The notes under the pieces were generated by a model. The model was not told the DNA's origin, did no database searches, and saw nothing but the letters and a program-made list of their open reading frames with translations. Position numbers and translations under genes: made by a program. 38,908 bases of DNA from Malacoraja senta (lineage: Eukaryota), in the NCBI GenBank assembly GCA_038087875.1, contig JAXLNO010000056.1:1-38908 (forward strand), read 5' to 3'. Every line of letters begins with the position of its first letter. The stretch's first letter is position 1. This document shows positions 10,987 through 22,091 of this stretch, piece by piece.

Positions 10987-11230
10987 GTGTGGGAAGGAAC
11001 TGCAGATGCTGGTTTAAACCAAAGATGGACACAAAAAGCTGGAGTAACTCAGCGGGTCAGACAGACAGCATCTCTGGAGAAAAAGAATAGGTGATGTTTC
11101 AGGTCGAGACCCTTCTTCAGATAGATTGAGTCTGAAGAAGGGTCTTGACCCGAAACGTCACCTATTCCTTTTCTCCAGATATGCTCTCTGCCCTGTTGAA
11201 TTACTCCAGATATTTGCGTCTATCTTCAAA
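10987..11230. mobile_element. Inverted pair of Penelope-derived hammerhead-bearing elements
   Basis: Minus copy 10987-11120 (core CTGAAGAAGGGTCTCGACCTGAAACATCACC) and plus copy 11128-11230 (core CTGAAGAAGGGTCTTGACCCGAAACGTCACC), separated by about 10 bp. Confidence 0.85.
11129..11165 (+). ncRNA. Minimal type-I hammerhead ribozyme motif
   Basis: CTGAAGA + A + stem II GGGT/CTTG/ACCC + GAAA + palindromic ACGT + GTC cleavage triplet; short stem I. Confidence 0.7.
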
Positions 11231-12021
11231 CTGAATAAAATTGTTCCACTGGTATGCCCTGTCCCTTTCTGGCACATCAGATCCAATCTCTATTCTTGTG
11301 GCCTGTGTCTGTGATTGCTCACAAACTCAGTTTGGTAGTACAGACTCAAACCTGCCAGTAACTTATTAGGATTGTTGTTTTCATGTTGTTTGCACTGTAA
11401 ACAAACTATTGCTTCCTACACCCAAACTCACATAAATGCCACCACCAGTCAGCTATGTGATATCCTTGTGTACCAGTGCTCCAATTTTAAGATCTTTGCA
11501 CAAAATGTCTTCTTTTGCTGCTGCCCAACCCTCTCAAGTCTCGCCGACCACCATCTAAAATTTCTGCAGCCCACAATTTCAAGGTATTTGTGTAACTTCA
11601 ATCCTGGGACCCCTGCAGTTCTGCCTACAGTTTCACAGGAACAAATACTGAAATTCCCTTCTTCAAGTTTTCTGTCTCTCTACTTCTTCAGCATCCTCCT
11701 TCATCGGACAATCTTTTGTTCACCCATATGACTTTCAAATTTTATTTGAAAAAACTCTTATGTTTTGCTTCAAAGTGCTGTTTGAATTCCAGATATTGTT
11801 GTTTAGATGGCACACATTCATTTCCAATCAGGTTCCAAGAGTTGCCAGTTGTACAAGACATATTACAACACAAACACAAAATTGCCTTGTGTATGCTAAT
11901 CCATTCTGGATTCAATTTATTTGTCCCAAAACTAAAAGCTGTAGTCTAAATGGTTTTATCACTGATGAATAATGTATTTGTTTGAAGAAAGTGTTCAAAT
12001 GCTCACGAAGGCTGGTCTCAC

Positions 12022-12107
12022 CGTCCCTGTGGAAATATTTTGTGCAGCTGAAGGCATAATGATGCAAAGCCTTCATCGTTTCTGCAATTTAGATAATTTC
12101 CAGAGAC
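12022..12107 (-). other. Candidate host exon (86 nt)
   Basis: In non-repetitive sequence: acceptor cttattccagcag|G, donor ACG|gtgaga; one frame open (VSGNYLNCRNDEGFASLCLQLHKIFPQG). No protein family recognised. Confidence 0.2.
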
Positions 12108-12520
12108 CTGCTGGAATAAGTCATTAAATGGAGACATTCACAGCTTGCTTACTCAACAAATTATAAAGGGAAAGCTTAGTCTCTGAGCTAGTTTTAATTT
12201 TTCCAAATTGTTTATTTTAAGTGCCACTTGAATTGGAAGCATTTTGGTACATCATAAAGGAAATAGGAACAAACTTGTCCGCAGCTCAAAGACATTATGG
12301 TGGAATGTTAACAGAAGTAAATAAATACGAGTTTCTTTTCTTCATAATTCCTCAATATTCCTGGTTAACTAGAATCTATCAATATCAAATGAATTAATGT
12401 ACGGTAGCTTCAAGTGATAAAGAGGAAAAAGATTTACAACCATTTGCCATCTTCCTACCTTCCCCCTAAAGGTCTAGCACTATGCACATGACTCTAAGGA
12501 GAGGGTACTGGGCAAACTAA

Positions 12521-12942
12521 AGGGCCTGTCCCACTTTCACGACTTAATTCAAAACCTCTGCCGAGTTTAAAGGACCTAAAAAAAAAATCTAGATCGTGGT
12601 AATCTATGAACTCCTACGACCTTCCACGACTATGTTCACGAACTCCTACGAGTATGTCTACGAATTCCAACAACTATTTCAATGCCCTCTTTACGAGTAA
12701 AAAGTTGCAATTTCTTTCATCCCGACCATTTTTTTACTCGTGGACATTTTTTACCGGGCTGAAAAAAACGTCCCGACTTACCTGATGCCACAAGTACCCA
12801 CGGCTGGCATAACGAGCCACTACGATATATCTACGAACTCCTACGACCTCCTACGGACCCGTTACGAACATTCTGCGGGTTTGAATCAAGGTGAAAACTC
12901 GGGAGAATTTGTGAATTACCTCGTGAAAGTGGGAAAGGCCCT
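12521..12942. mobile_element. PIF/Harbinger-type MITE
   Basis: TIR AGGGCCTGTCCCACTTTCACGA ... TCGTGAAAGTGGGAAAGGCCCT; TAA target-site duplication (12518-12520 and 12943-12945); internal CTACGA repeats. Confidence 0.88.
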
Positions 12943-13069
12943 TAACGGGTCTAAAAGCTGCCAAGACTCCTGGACCTAATCATCCGCATTCTCAGTTCTT
13001 AAAAGAGTCACATACAAAGATTAGGAATGAATCGGTTGTGATCTCCCAAAGTACCCAAGATTACAATAT

Positions 13070-13815
13070 ATTTAGTGCTAACGGAATCAAGGCTTATGGG
13101 GAAAAAGCAGGAATGGGGCAGTGATTTTGGATGAACAGCCATGATCATATTGAATGCTGGTGCTGGCTCGAAGGGCCGAATGGCCTACACCTGCACCTAT
13201 TTTTTTTCCTGCGTTATTTCAAAGGTCTTGGTCGATTTGAAAACCTCTATTTAAGAATGGAGCAAGGAGAGAAAGCTGAAAAATGTAGGCTAGATAGCTT
13301 CATATGTATCACTGGAAAATTGCTGGCACCCATTATTATGGGAGAAATAACAAGCATTGAGAACATCATAATACAATTAGGGCATCAGGTTTTATGAATG
13401 GGAAATTGCATTTGACACATTTATTAGGTTTCTGGACAGAGAAGCTGGTGGATAAAGAAGAGACAATAGGTGTAATTATTTGGATTTCCAGAAGACAATT
13501 AGTAAGGTGTCATATAAAATATTAATGCATAGCACAAGAGCTCATAACAATTAAGGTAATATGTTAACATGAATAAAGGATCAGCTTAGTAACAGAAAAC
13601 AAAGATTTGGGCTAAATAGACAGTTTTCACATTGGGACTCTAATTAGCAGAAACTAAAGAGATCAGTGCTGGGAAATCAACCATCCATAATCTTAATGCA
13701 TTGCATCTAAATATGTAGTAAAAAGAAAGTTATGTGGACAAACAAGTTGTGATGAAGATGCAAAGAGTTTGCAATGAGAGGCAGATAGGCTTAGTAAACG
13801 GACTAAAATATGAGC
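13070..13815 (+). mobile_element. CR1 3' tail (13070-13205) plus an old degenerate CR1 RT remnant (13260-13815)
   Basis: GGAATCAAGGCTTATGGGGAAAAAGCAGG...GAAGGGCCGAATGGCCTAC tail; decayed TTGGATTTCCAGAAG (LDFQK) and GATCAGTGCTGGG motifs. Confidence 0.7.
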
Positions 13816-14458
13816 AGTGTGAGCGGGGCGGCGCAGCGGTAGAGACCCGGGGTTCGATCAGTGTGAGCGAGGCGGCGCAGCGGTAGAGCGCAGCGGTAGA
13901 GACCCGGGGTTCGATCATGACTTCAAGTGCTTTTTTAGTTTAGTTTAGTTTAGGGATACAGCGCAGAAATAGGCCTTTCAGCCTTCCAAGTCCGCGTTGA
14001 CCAGCGTTCCCCTCACACTAACACTATCCTACGCACATTAAGGACAATTTTACATTTATACCAAGCCAATTAACCTGCAAACCTGTACGTCTTTGGAGTG
14101 TGGGAGAAAACCGGAGTACCCAGAAAAAACCCACGCAGGTCACGGAGAGAACAAACAAACTCCATACAGACAGCACCCGTAGTCAGGATCGAACCTGGGT
14201 CCCTGACGCTATAAGCAACAACTCTACCGCTGCTGTAAGAAGTTTGTACATTGTCCCTGTGACCACGTGGGTTTTCTCCAAGTGCTCCTGTATCCTCCCA
14301 CATGTACAGGTTTGTAGGTTAATTGGTTTCGGTAAAATTGTAAATTGTCCCTTTTGTGTAGGATTGTGCTAGTGTATGGGGTGATTGCTGGTCGGCACTG
14401 AGTCAATGGGCCAAAGGGCCTGTTTCCATGCTGTATCTCTAAAGACAAAAGTCTAAAG
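13815..14458. mobile_element. HE1/V-SINE cluster: duplicated tRNA-like head (13815-13917), minus copy (13934-14234), plus copy (14236-14458)
   Basis: A-box GGCGCAGCGGTAG and B-box GGTTCGATC; V-domain GCTGTCTGTATGGAGTTTG..TTCTC; CR1-like tail GGGCC.AAGGGCCTGTTTCC; (TAAAC)n end. Confidence 0.85.
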
Positions 14459-14659
14459 TGTGCTGATCTACAGTACTTTGGTAGGAAGAAGGGTAAATCA
14501 GAATGTTTTCAGAGAGTCAGAGACAACAGAGTTCTGCAGTACGGAGTTAACCTAAAGGTAACATGCAGGTTCAAGATATAATTGGGAACGCATAAGGGAT
14601 GTTGCCATATATCCCAAAGGAAGTTGTGTACAAAATTAAGGGAAATTAGGGTGAATTAG

Positions 14660-14752
14660 TGTCTGAAAAGGATTCTGACCCAAAATGTTGTCTGTCTATT
14701 TCCTCCACAAATGCTGCCTGATCCATTTGGTTCCTCCAGCTCATTGTGTTTT
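14660..14752 (+). mobile_element. Degenerate Penelope-derived short element inside an old CR1 remnant
   Basis: GTCTGAAAAGGATTCTGACCCAAAATGTTG...TCCACAAATGCTGCCTGA...CTCCAGC..TTGTGT. Confidence 0.6.
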
Positions 14753-17579
14753 GAACAAAATTAAGGATGTCTTGCTTCAACAATACATTGTGTTGGCCAG
14801 GCTACACTATGAATACTGTATACAGTATACAGCCCCCATAAGTATTGAATTAGGTATAGAAACATAGAAACATAGAAACATAAAAATTGGTGCAGGAGTA
14901 GGCCATTCGGCCCTTCGAGCCTGCACCGCCATTCAATATGATCATGGCTGATCATCCAACTCAGTATCCTGTACCTGCCTTCTCTCCATACCCCCTGATC
15001 CCTTTATCCACAAGGGCCACATCTAACTCCCTCTTAAATATAGCCAATGAACTGGCCTCAACTACCTTCTGTGGCAGAGAATTCCAGAGATTCACCACTC
15101 TCTGTGTGAAAAATGACTTTCTCATCTTGGTCTTAAAAGATTTCCCCCTTATCCTTAAACTGTGACCTCTTGTTCTGGACTTCCCCAACATCGGGAACAA
15201 TCTTCCTGCATCTAGCCTGTCCAACCCCATAAGAATTTTGTAAGTTTCTATAAGATCCCCCCTCAATCTTCTAAATTCTAGCGAGTACAAGCTGAGTCTA
15301 TCCAGTCTTTCTTCATATGAAAGTCCTGACATCCCAGGAATTAGTCTGGTGAACCTTCTCTGTACTCCCTTTATGGCAAGAATGTCTTTCCTCAGATTTG
15401 GAGACCAAAACTGCATGCAATACCCCAGGTGTGGTCTCACCAAGACCCTGTACAACTGTAGTAGAACCTCCCTGCTCCTATACTCAAATCCTTTTGCTAT
15501 GAATGCTAACATACCATTCACTTTCTTCACTGCCTGCTGCACCTGCATGCCTACTTTCAATGACTGGTGTACCATGACACCCAGGTCTCGTTGCATCTCC
15601 CCTTTTCCTAATCGGCCACCATTCAGATAATAGTCTACTTTCCTGTTTTTGCCACCAAAGTGGATAACCTCACATTTATCCACATTATACTGCATCTGCC
15701 ATGCATTTGCCCACCCACCCAGCCTATCCAAGTCACCTTGCAGCCTCCTAGCATCCTCCTCACAGCTAACACTGCCCCCCAGCTTCGTGTCATCCGCAAA
15801 CTTGGAGAAGTTGCATTCAATTCCCTCGTCCAAATCATTAATATATATTGTAAATAGCTGGGGTCCCAGCACTGAGCCTTGCGGTACCCCACTAGTCATT
15901 GCCTGCCAGTCTGAAAAGGGCCCCTTTACTCCTACTCTTTGCTTCCTGTCTGCCAGCCAGTTCTCTATCCACATCAATACTGAACCCCCAATACCGTGTG
16001 CTTTAAGTTTGTATACTAATCTCTTATGTGGGACCTTGTCGAAAGCCTTCTGAAAGTCCAGATATAACACATCCACTGGTTCTCCCTCATCCACTCTACT
16101 AGTTACATCCTCGAAAAATTCTATAAGATTCGTCAGACATGATTTACCTTTCGTAAATCCATGCTGTTTCCCCACTACCGATGTTAGACTAACTGGTCTG
16201 TAATTCCCCATTTTCTCTCTCCCTCCCTTTTAAAAAAGTGGGGTTACATTAGCTACCCTCCAATCCTCAGGAACTACTCCAGAATCTAAAGAGTTTTGAA
16301 AAATTATCACTAATGCATCCACTATTTCTGTGGCTACTTCCTTAAGTACTCTGGGATGCAGCCTATCTGGCCCTGGGGATTTATCGGCCTTTAATCCATG
16401 CAATTTACCTAACACCATTTCCCGGCTAACCTGGATTTCACTCAGTTCCTCCATCTCATTTGACCCCCGGTCCCCTGCTATTTCCGGCAGATTATTTATG
16501 TCTTCCTTAGTGAAGACAGAACCAAAGTATTCTCCGTGGTCTCCAAATCTGAGGAAAGACATTCTTGCCATAGAGGGAGTACAGAGAAGGTTCACCAGAC
16601 TGATTCCTGGGATGTCAGGACTTTCATATGAAGAAAGACTGGATAGACTCAGCTTGTACTCGCTAGAATTTCGCCATGCATTTGCCCACCCACCCAGCCT
16701 ATTCAATTGGTCTGCCATGTCCTTGTTCCCCATGATCAATTCACCTGTTTCTGACTACAAGGGACCTACATTTGTTTTAACTAATCTTTTTCTTTTCACA
16801 TATCTATAAAAACTTTTGCAGTCAGTTTTTATGTTCCCTGCCAGTTTTCTTTCATAATCTATTTTCCCTTTCCTAATTAAGCCCTTTGTCCTCCTCTGAT
16901 AGACTGAATTTCTCCCAGTCCTCTGGTAGGCTGCTTTTTCTGGCTAATTTGTATGCTTCATCTTTTGTTTTGATACTATCCCTGATTTCCCTTGTTATCC
17001 ACAGATGCACTACCTTCCCTGATTTATTCTTTTGCCAAACTGTGATGAACAATTGTTGTAGTTCATCCATGCAGCCTTTAAATGGCTTCCATTGCATATC
17101 CACCGTCAACCCTTTAAGAATCAATTGCCTGTCTATCTTTGCCAATTCACGTCTCATACCCTCAAAGTTACCTTTCTTTAAGTTCAGAACCCTTGTTTCT
17201 GAATTAATTATGTCACTCTCCATCCTAATGAAGAACTCAACCATATTATGGTCACTCTTGCCCAAGGGGCCACGCACAACAAGACTGCTAACTAACCCTT
17301 CCTCATTACTCAATACCCAGTCTAGAATAGCCTGCTCTCTCGTTGGTTCCTCTACATGTTGGTTTAGAAAACTATCCCGCATACATTCCAAGAAATCCTC
17401 CTCCTCAGCACCCCTTGCCAATTTGATTCACCGAATCTATATGTAGATTGAAGTCACCCATTATAACTGTTTTACCTTTGTTGCACGCATTTCTAATTTC
17501 CTGTTTGATGCCATCCCCAACTCCACTACTACTGTTAGGTGGCCTGTACATAACTCCCACTAGCGTTTTCTGCCCCTTA

Positions 17580-18388
17580 AGGGCCTGTCCCACGGGCAGG
17601 CGACTCCATGCGGCAAGCGCGACCTAACCGGAAGCGGGGGCCGCGCGGAGGTTGCGGGACTGGTCCCACGTAGATCGCTGGAGCCGTATGGAGTTGGTCC
17701 CGACACCGCGCGGGGCTCCGAAAAACTGACACTGTTCAAAAATTCTGCGCGGCAACTGCCTGCCGCCCCGCTGCCGCATCGAGGCTGCGCGCACCGCCTC
17801 GACGCCGCGTGCACCATCTCCGTCAACTCTGGAATTGATGTGAAGGAAGGAACTGCAGATGCCCATTTACACCGAAGATGGCACACCAAAAATGCTGGAG
17901 TAACTCAGTAGATCAGGCAGCTTCTGTGGACAGGTGGTGTTTCGGGTCGAGACACCTTCTTCGGACTGAAGTCTTCTGCAGTCTTCTATGGTCTGAGGAA
18001 GGGTCTCGACCCGAAACATCACCTACCCGTGTTCACCTACATAAAAACCAAAACATCACCTACCCGTGTTCACCTATATAAAGACCGCTCGAGCTTCCAA
18101 CAGACTTCGCTCAAACTGGACGTCCGCGCACCACCCGCTTCCGGTTAGGTCGCGCTTGCCGCATGGAATTGCATGCCCGTGGGACAGGCCGTACGGTGAT
18201 CACTCGGCCTCTGCGCGGCCCCCGCTTCCGGTTAGGTTGCGCTTGCCGCATGGAATCGCATGCCCGTGGGACAGGCCGTACGGTGATCACTCGGACCCCG
18301 CGCGGCCCTCGCGCGGCCCCCGCACGTCCCCCGCTTCCGGTTAGGTCGCGCTTGCCCCATGGAGTGGCCTCCCCGTGGGACAGGCCCT
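17580..18388. mobile_element. PIF/Harbinger-type MITE inserted in the CR1 endonuclease region
   Basis: TIR AGGGCCTGTCCCACGGG ... CCCGTGGGACAGGCCCT; exact TTA duplication (17577-17579 and 18389-18391). Removing it restores the CR1 frame ELRNTK-GQKTLVG. Confidence 0.92.
17838..18082. mobile_element. Inverted pair of Penelope-derived hammerhead-bearing elements nested in the MITE
   Basis: Minus core CCGAAGAAGGTGTCTCGACCCGAAACACCACC (17933-17964) and plus core CTGAGGAAGGGTCTCGACCCGAAACATCACC (17993-18023), followed by a ~37-bp tandem duplication. Confidence 0.8.
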
Positions 18389-18794
18389 TTAGTGTTTCGC
18401 AGCTCTACCCATATTGATTCCGCATCCTCCAAGCTAATGTCCTTCCTTTCTATTGCGTTAATCTCCTCTCTAACCAGCAACGCTACCCCACCTCCTTTTC
18501 CTTTCCGTCTATCCCTCCTGAATATTGAATATCCCTGGATGTTCAGCTCCCAGCCTTGGTCACCCTGGAGCCATGTCTCCGTGATCCCAACTATATCATA
18601 GTCATTAATAGCTATCTGCACATTCAACTCATCCACCTTATTATGAATGCTCCTTGCATTGAGACACAAAGCCTTCAGGCTTGTTTTTACAACACTCTTA
18701 CCTCTTATACAATTATGTTGAAAAGTGGCCCTTTTTGATTTTTGCCCTGGATTTGTCTGCCTGCCACTTTTACTTTTCACCTTGCTACCTATTG

Positions 18795-20145
18795 TGATTG
18801 TGCACTTTGGAAGGAGTAGGATGGGGACCCACAGTCCCGTTTATATCAACGGGTCGATGGTTGAAAGGGTCAAGAGCTTCAAATTCCTGGGCGTGCACAT
18901 CTCTGAAGATCTTTCCTGGTCCGAGAACAATGATGCCATTATTAAGAAAGCACATCAGCGCCTCTACTTCCTGAGAAGATTACGGAGAGTCGGTTTGTCA
19001 AGGAGGAGTCTCTCTAACTTCTACAGGTGCACAGTAGAGAGCATGCTGACCGGTTGCATCGTGGCTTGGTTCGGCAACTTGAGTGCCCTGGAGAGGAAAA
19101 GACTGCAAAAAGTAGTAAACACTGCCCAGTCCATCATCGGCTCTGACCTCCCTTCCATCGAGGGGATCTACCACAGTCGCTGCCTCAAAAAGGCTGGCAG
19201 CATCATCAAGGACCCACACCATCCTGGCCACACACTCATCTCCCTACTACCTTCAGGTAGAAGGTACAGGAGCCTGAAGACTGCAACGACCAGGTTCAGG
19301 AACAGCTACTTCCCCACAGCCATCAGGCTATTAAACCTGGCTTGGACATAAAGGCCGTGTCTTACCTGTTTGCGGTCATCGGCGGTGAAGCGCGGCGTCG
19401 CCGGTAGCTAGGACCGCGCGGCAAAGGCGAGAGCGTCGAGCCTATCCACCGGAGCGCCGCACGGATGTTGCGCGGGGGCCGAGTTAATTCAAACACGGCG
19501 GGTCCCACGTGCTTGCGGTAAGTAAAAAAAGGGCGGGCCGACTGCGATGACGTCGGCCCCCCGCACGTGACTCACCAGCGGCGGCTGTGGCGGCGGCCAT
19601 CCTGATCGCGGCGCTGTAGCGATGGCTGTGCCCGTGGCCGCGCAGCACACGTGCCTCACTGGCGGCGGCACGTGCGTCACTGGCGGAGGCTGTGGCAGAG
19701 GAGGTTTGACGCACGGCGCTCGACCCACACTGGCGGCGGCCCGTGCGAGCGGCCGTGCGCACTCGTGCATCACTGGTGGAGGTTGTGCGGTGAGTATAGA
19801 GTTTTCGACATTGTCGATTTTATTTTTGCACCGCGCGGTGTTGGGAACACCGTCGCACGGCCCGGGAATTGTTCTTTCTCACGAGTGCGCGGTCTATGGC
19901 GGCAGATTCTTCCCGTTTCGCCGCCAATGACCGCAGATTCGTGAGACAGACCTTTAACACTGAACTTTACTAGCCAATACTGTTATTTGCACTTTATCAG
20001 TATATTGACCATTGTGTATATATTTATAGAATGCCTTGTAGTAAATGCCTACTATGTTCTGTTGTGCTCAAGCAAAGCTAGAATTTCATTGTCCTACCAG
20101 GGACACATGACAATAAACTCACTTGACTTGACTTGACTTGACTTG
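18795..20145 (+). mobile_element. Rex1/Babar-type LINE 3' fragment
   Basis: FKFLGVHISEDLSW...KKAHQRLYFLRRL...VESMLTGCI.AW...LLPSGRRYRSL...FRNSYFPTAIRLLN; AATAAA and (ACTTG)n tail; 8-bp TSD ACCTATTG (18787-18794 and 20146-20153). Confidence 0.9.
19352..19953. mobile_element. PIF/Harbinger-type MITE, GC-rich, in the Rex1 3' UTR
   Basis: Imperfect TIR AGGCCGTGTCTTAC ... GTGAGACAGACCT; subterminal TGCGGTCATCGGCGG / CCGCCAATGACCGCA; flanked by TAA and TTA. Confidence 0.75.
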
Positions 20146-20344
20146 ACCTATTGCTTCTACCCTCATTTTGCACCCCTCTGTCTCTCTGCTCACACATTTA
20201 AGAAACCCATCACCTCTTATTCTCTGTTTATTATTTTTTTCTTCTTTCCCCCCTACATGTTGGGTCTGAGTGCTTCCCTTCTCTGCCTCCTGCCTCACAC
20301 ATTGTCTACTAGCTTTCTCTATTTGAGTCCCTCCCCCAACCGTT

Positions 20345-21278
20345 CTAGTTTAAAGTCTCCCCAGTAGCCTTTGCAAATCTCCCCGCCAGGATATTGGTCC
20401 CCCTCGGGTTCAAGTGCAACCCGTCCTTTTTGTACAGGTCACACCTTCCCCAAAAGAGGTCCCAATGATCCAGAAACATGAATCCCTGCCCTCTGCACCA
20501 GTCCTTCAGCCACGCATTTATCCTCCACCTCGCTCCATTCCTACTCTCACTGTCGCGTGGCACAGGCAGTAATCCTGAGATTATTACCTTTGCGGTCCTT
20601 CTCCTTAACTCTCCTCCTAACACCCTAAATTCTCCTTTCAGGACCTCTTCTCTTTTTCTACCTGTCATTGGTACCTATATGTACCACGACCTCGGGCTCC
20701 TCTCCCTCCCATTTCAGGATATCTTGGACATGTTCAGACACATCCCAGACCCTGGCACCACGGAGGCAAATTACCATCCGGGTCTCCTGACTGCGTCCCC
20801 AGAATCGCCTATCTGACCCTCTAACTATAGAGTCCCCTATTACTACTGCCCTCCTCTTCTTTTCCTTACCCTTCTGAGCAACAGTGCCGGTCTCTGTACC
20901 GGAGGCCCGGCCGCTGTTGATACCCCCAGGTAGGCTGTCCCACCCAACAGTACTCAAACAGGAGTACTTATTGCCAAGGTGTACAGCCACCGGGGTACTC
21001 TCTAGTCCCTGCCTCTGCCCCTTGCCCCTCCTAACCGTGACCCATTTGTCTGTCTCCCATGGTCTTGGAGTGACCACCTCTCTATAACTCCTCTCTATGA
21101 CCTCCTCGCTCTCCCTGACCAGACGGAGGTCATCGAGTTGCTGCTCCAGGTTCCTAATATGGTCCCTTACGAGCCCCATCTCGATGTACCTGGCGCAGAT
21201 GTGGACGTCTGGGGTGCTATCAAACTCCATGACCTCCCACATCTGACATCCAGAACAGTAAACTGCCCTGGCCCTCAT
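20345..21278 (-). pseudogene. CR1 ORF1p (Zn finger/leucine zipper + SGNH esterase), frameshift ~20660
   Basis: CSGC...ICARY, LEQQLDDL zipper, VVIGDSIVRG, GARV, VVVHIGTND, INAWL..WC, DGLHLN..G. Confidence 0.9.
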
Positions 21279-22091
21279 ACTCCCCTCTTACCCTGGATAC
21301 AATACAAAGTGCTGGAAGAAATCAGCAGCGATCTGACTCCCAATCAGCTGCTTCCTCTAGTCCGCTTCCACCAATCAGCGGCTTCCTCAAGCCCACTTGT
21401 TTTGAACTGTGAACTGCGAATGGAACGTTCCTGGAACAGATTTGGGTTCCTCCCGCACCAACGACTCCTGGGCCTCTGTGAATCGAAGCCCCGCGATCGG
21501 GTTTTGTACTCACCGCCCGGACGTTACTCCTCCCACTGCAACCGCTCCTGGGCCTCTGTGAATCGAAGCCCCGCTTTCATGATGTAGTAATTCACTCTTT
21601 AGTGCTAAATTCAGGGGTCTCCAATTCTTTTGATGTAATAGACAGTTAACAGAGAGACTCTCATCTGCTTACTTTGATCATGATCTGGACCAAGGCGCCA
21701 ATATCTTCATTTTCACTCTCCTGTGTACTAACCCTAACATAACCCAAGCAGAACCCCTGTGAAGTAGAAGTCCATGGTCAAATCCATGGCTTGTGAATAT
21801 TTAAGATGCAAATCACTCTTGCTGGATAAATAGGAACTAATTTAGAAATGACAATAACCTATTCTGTAGTAAGGCTATAGATATGCTTTAAAGATTAGCT
21901 TTACCCTAATGCATGTCCTGAGTGACAATTGTATGTCTGGTTCATAAAGACACCTAATTAGTAGTCTGGCTAAAACCTAATCATTTTAAATCATTAGTCG
22001 CAGAATAAATATGCAGATAAAAACCTGTTCATGTCAAATTCTGATGCTATTTGCTGTCAGATGCAGAAAGCAAACAAGTTGTTAGATGACG

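Larger units (their letters stand above)
14961..18700 (-). pseudogene. CR1 ORF2 (apurinic endonuclease + RT), fragmented
   Basis: APE motifs CLNARSI, GITETWL, VMYRPP, MGDFN, LDWVL and SDHN; KSPGPD.LHPRVLKE; RT motifs YLDFQKAFDKVPH, GVPQGSVLGP and FADD. Frameshifts and a deletion between SVVGK and QHGF. Confidence 0.93.
14856..21580 (-). mobile_element. Near full-length CR1/HER1 LINE with nested insertions
   Basis: 5' UTR ~21280-21580, ORF1 20345-21278, ORF2 endonuclease ~16870-18700 and RT to 14961, (TTTCTATG)n tail 14856-14882; interrupted at 16533-16699, 17580-18388 and 18795-20145. Confidence 0.93.

Noticed and set aside
20345..21278. Host GDSL/SGNH lipase gene
   Set aside because: Its position upstream of CR1 ORF2 and the N-terminal Zn finger/zipper identify it as CR1 ORF1p.
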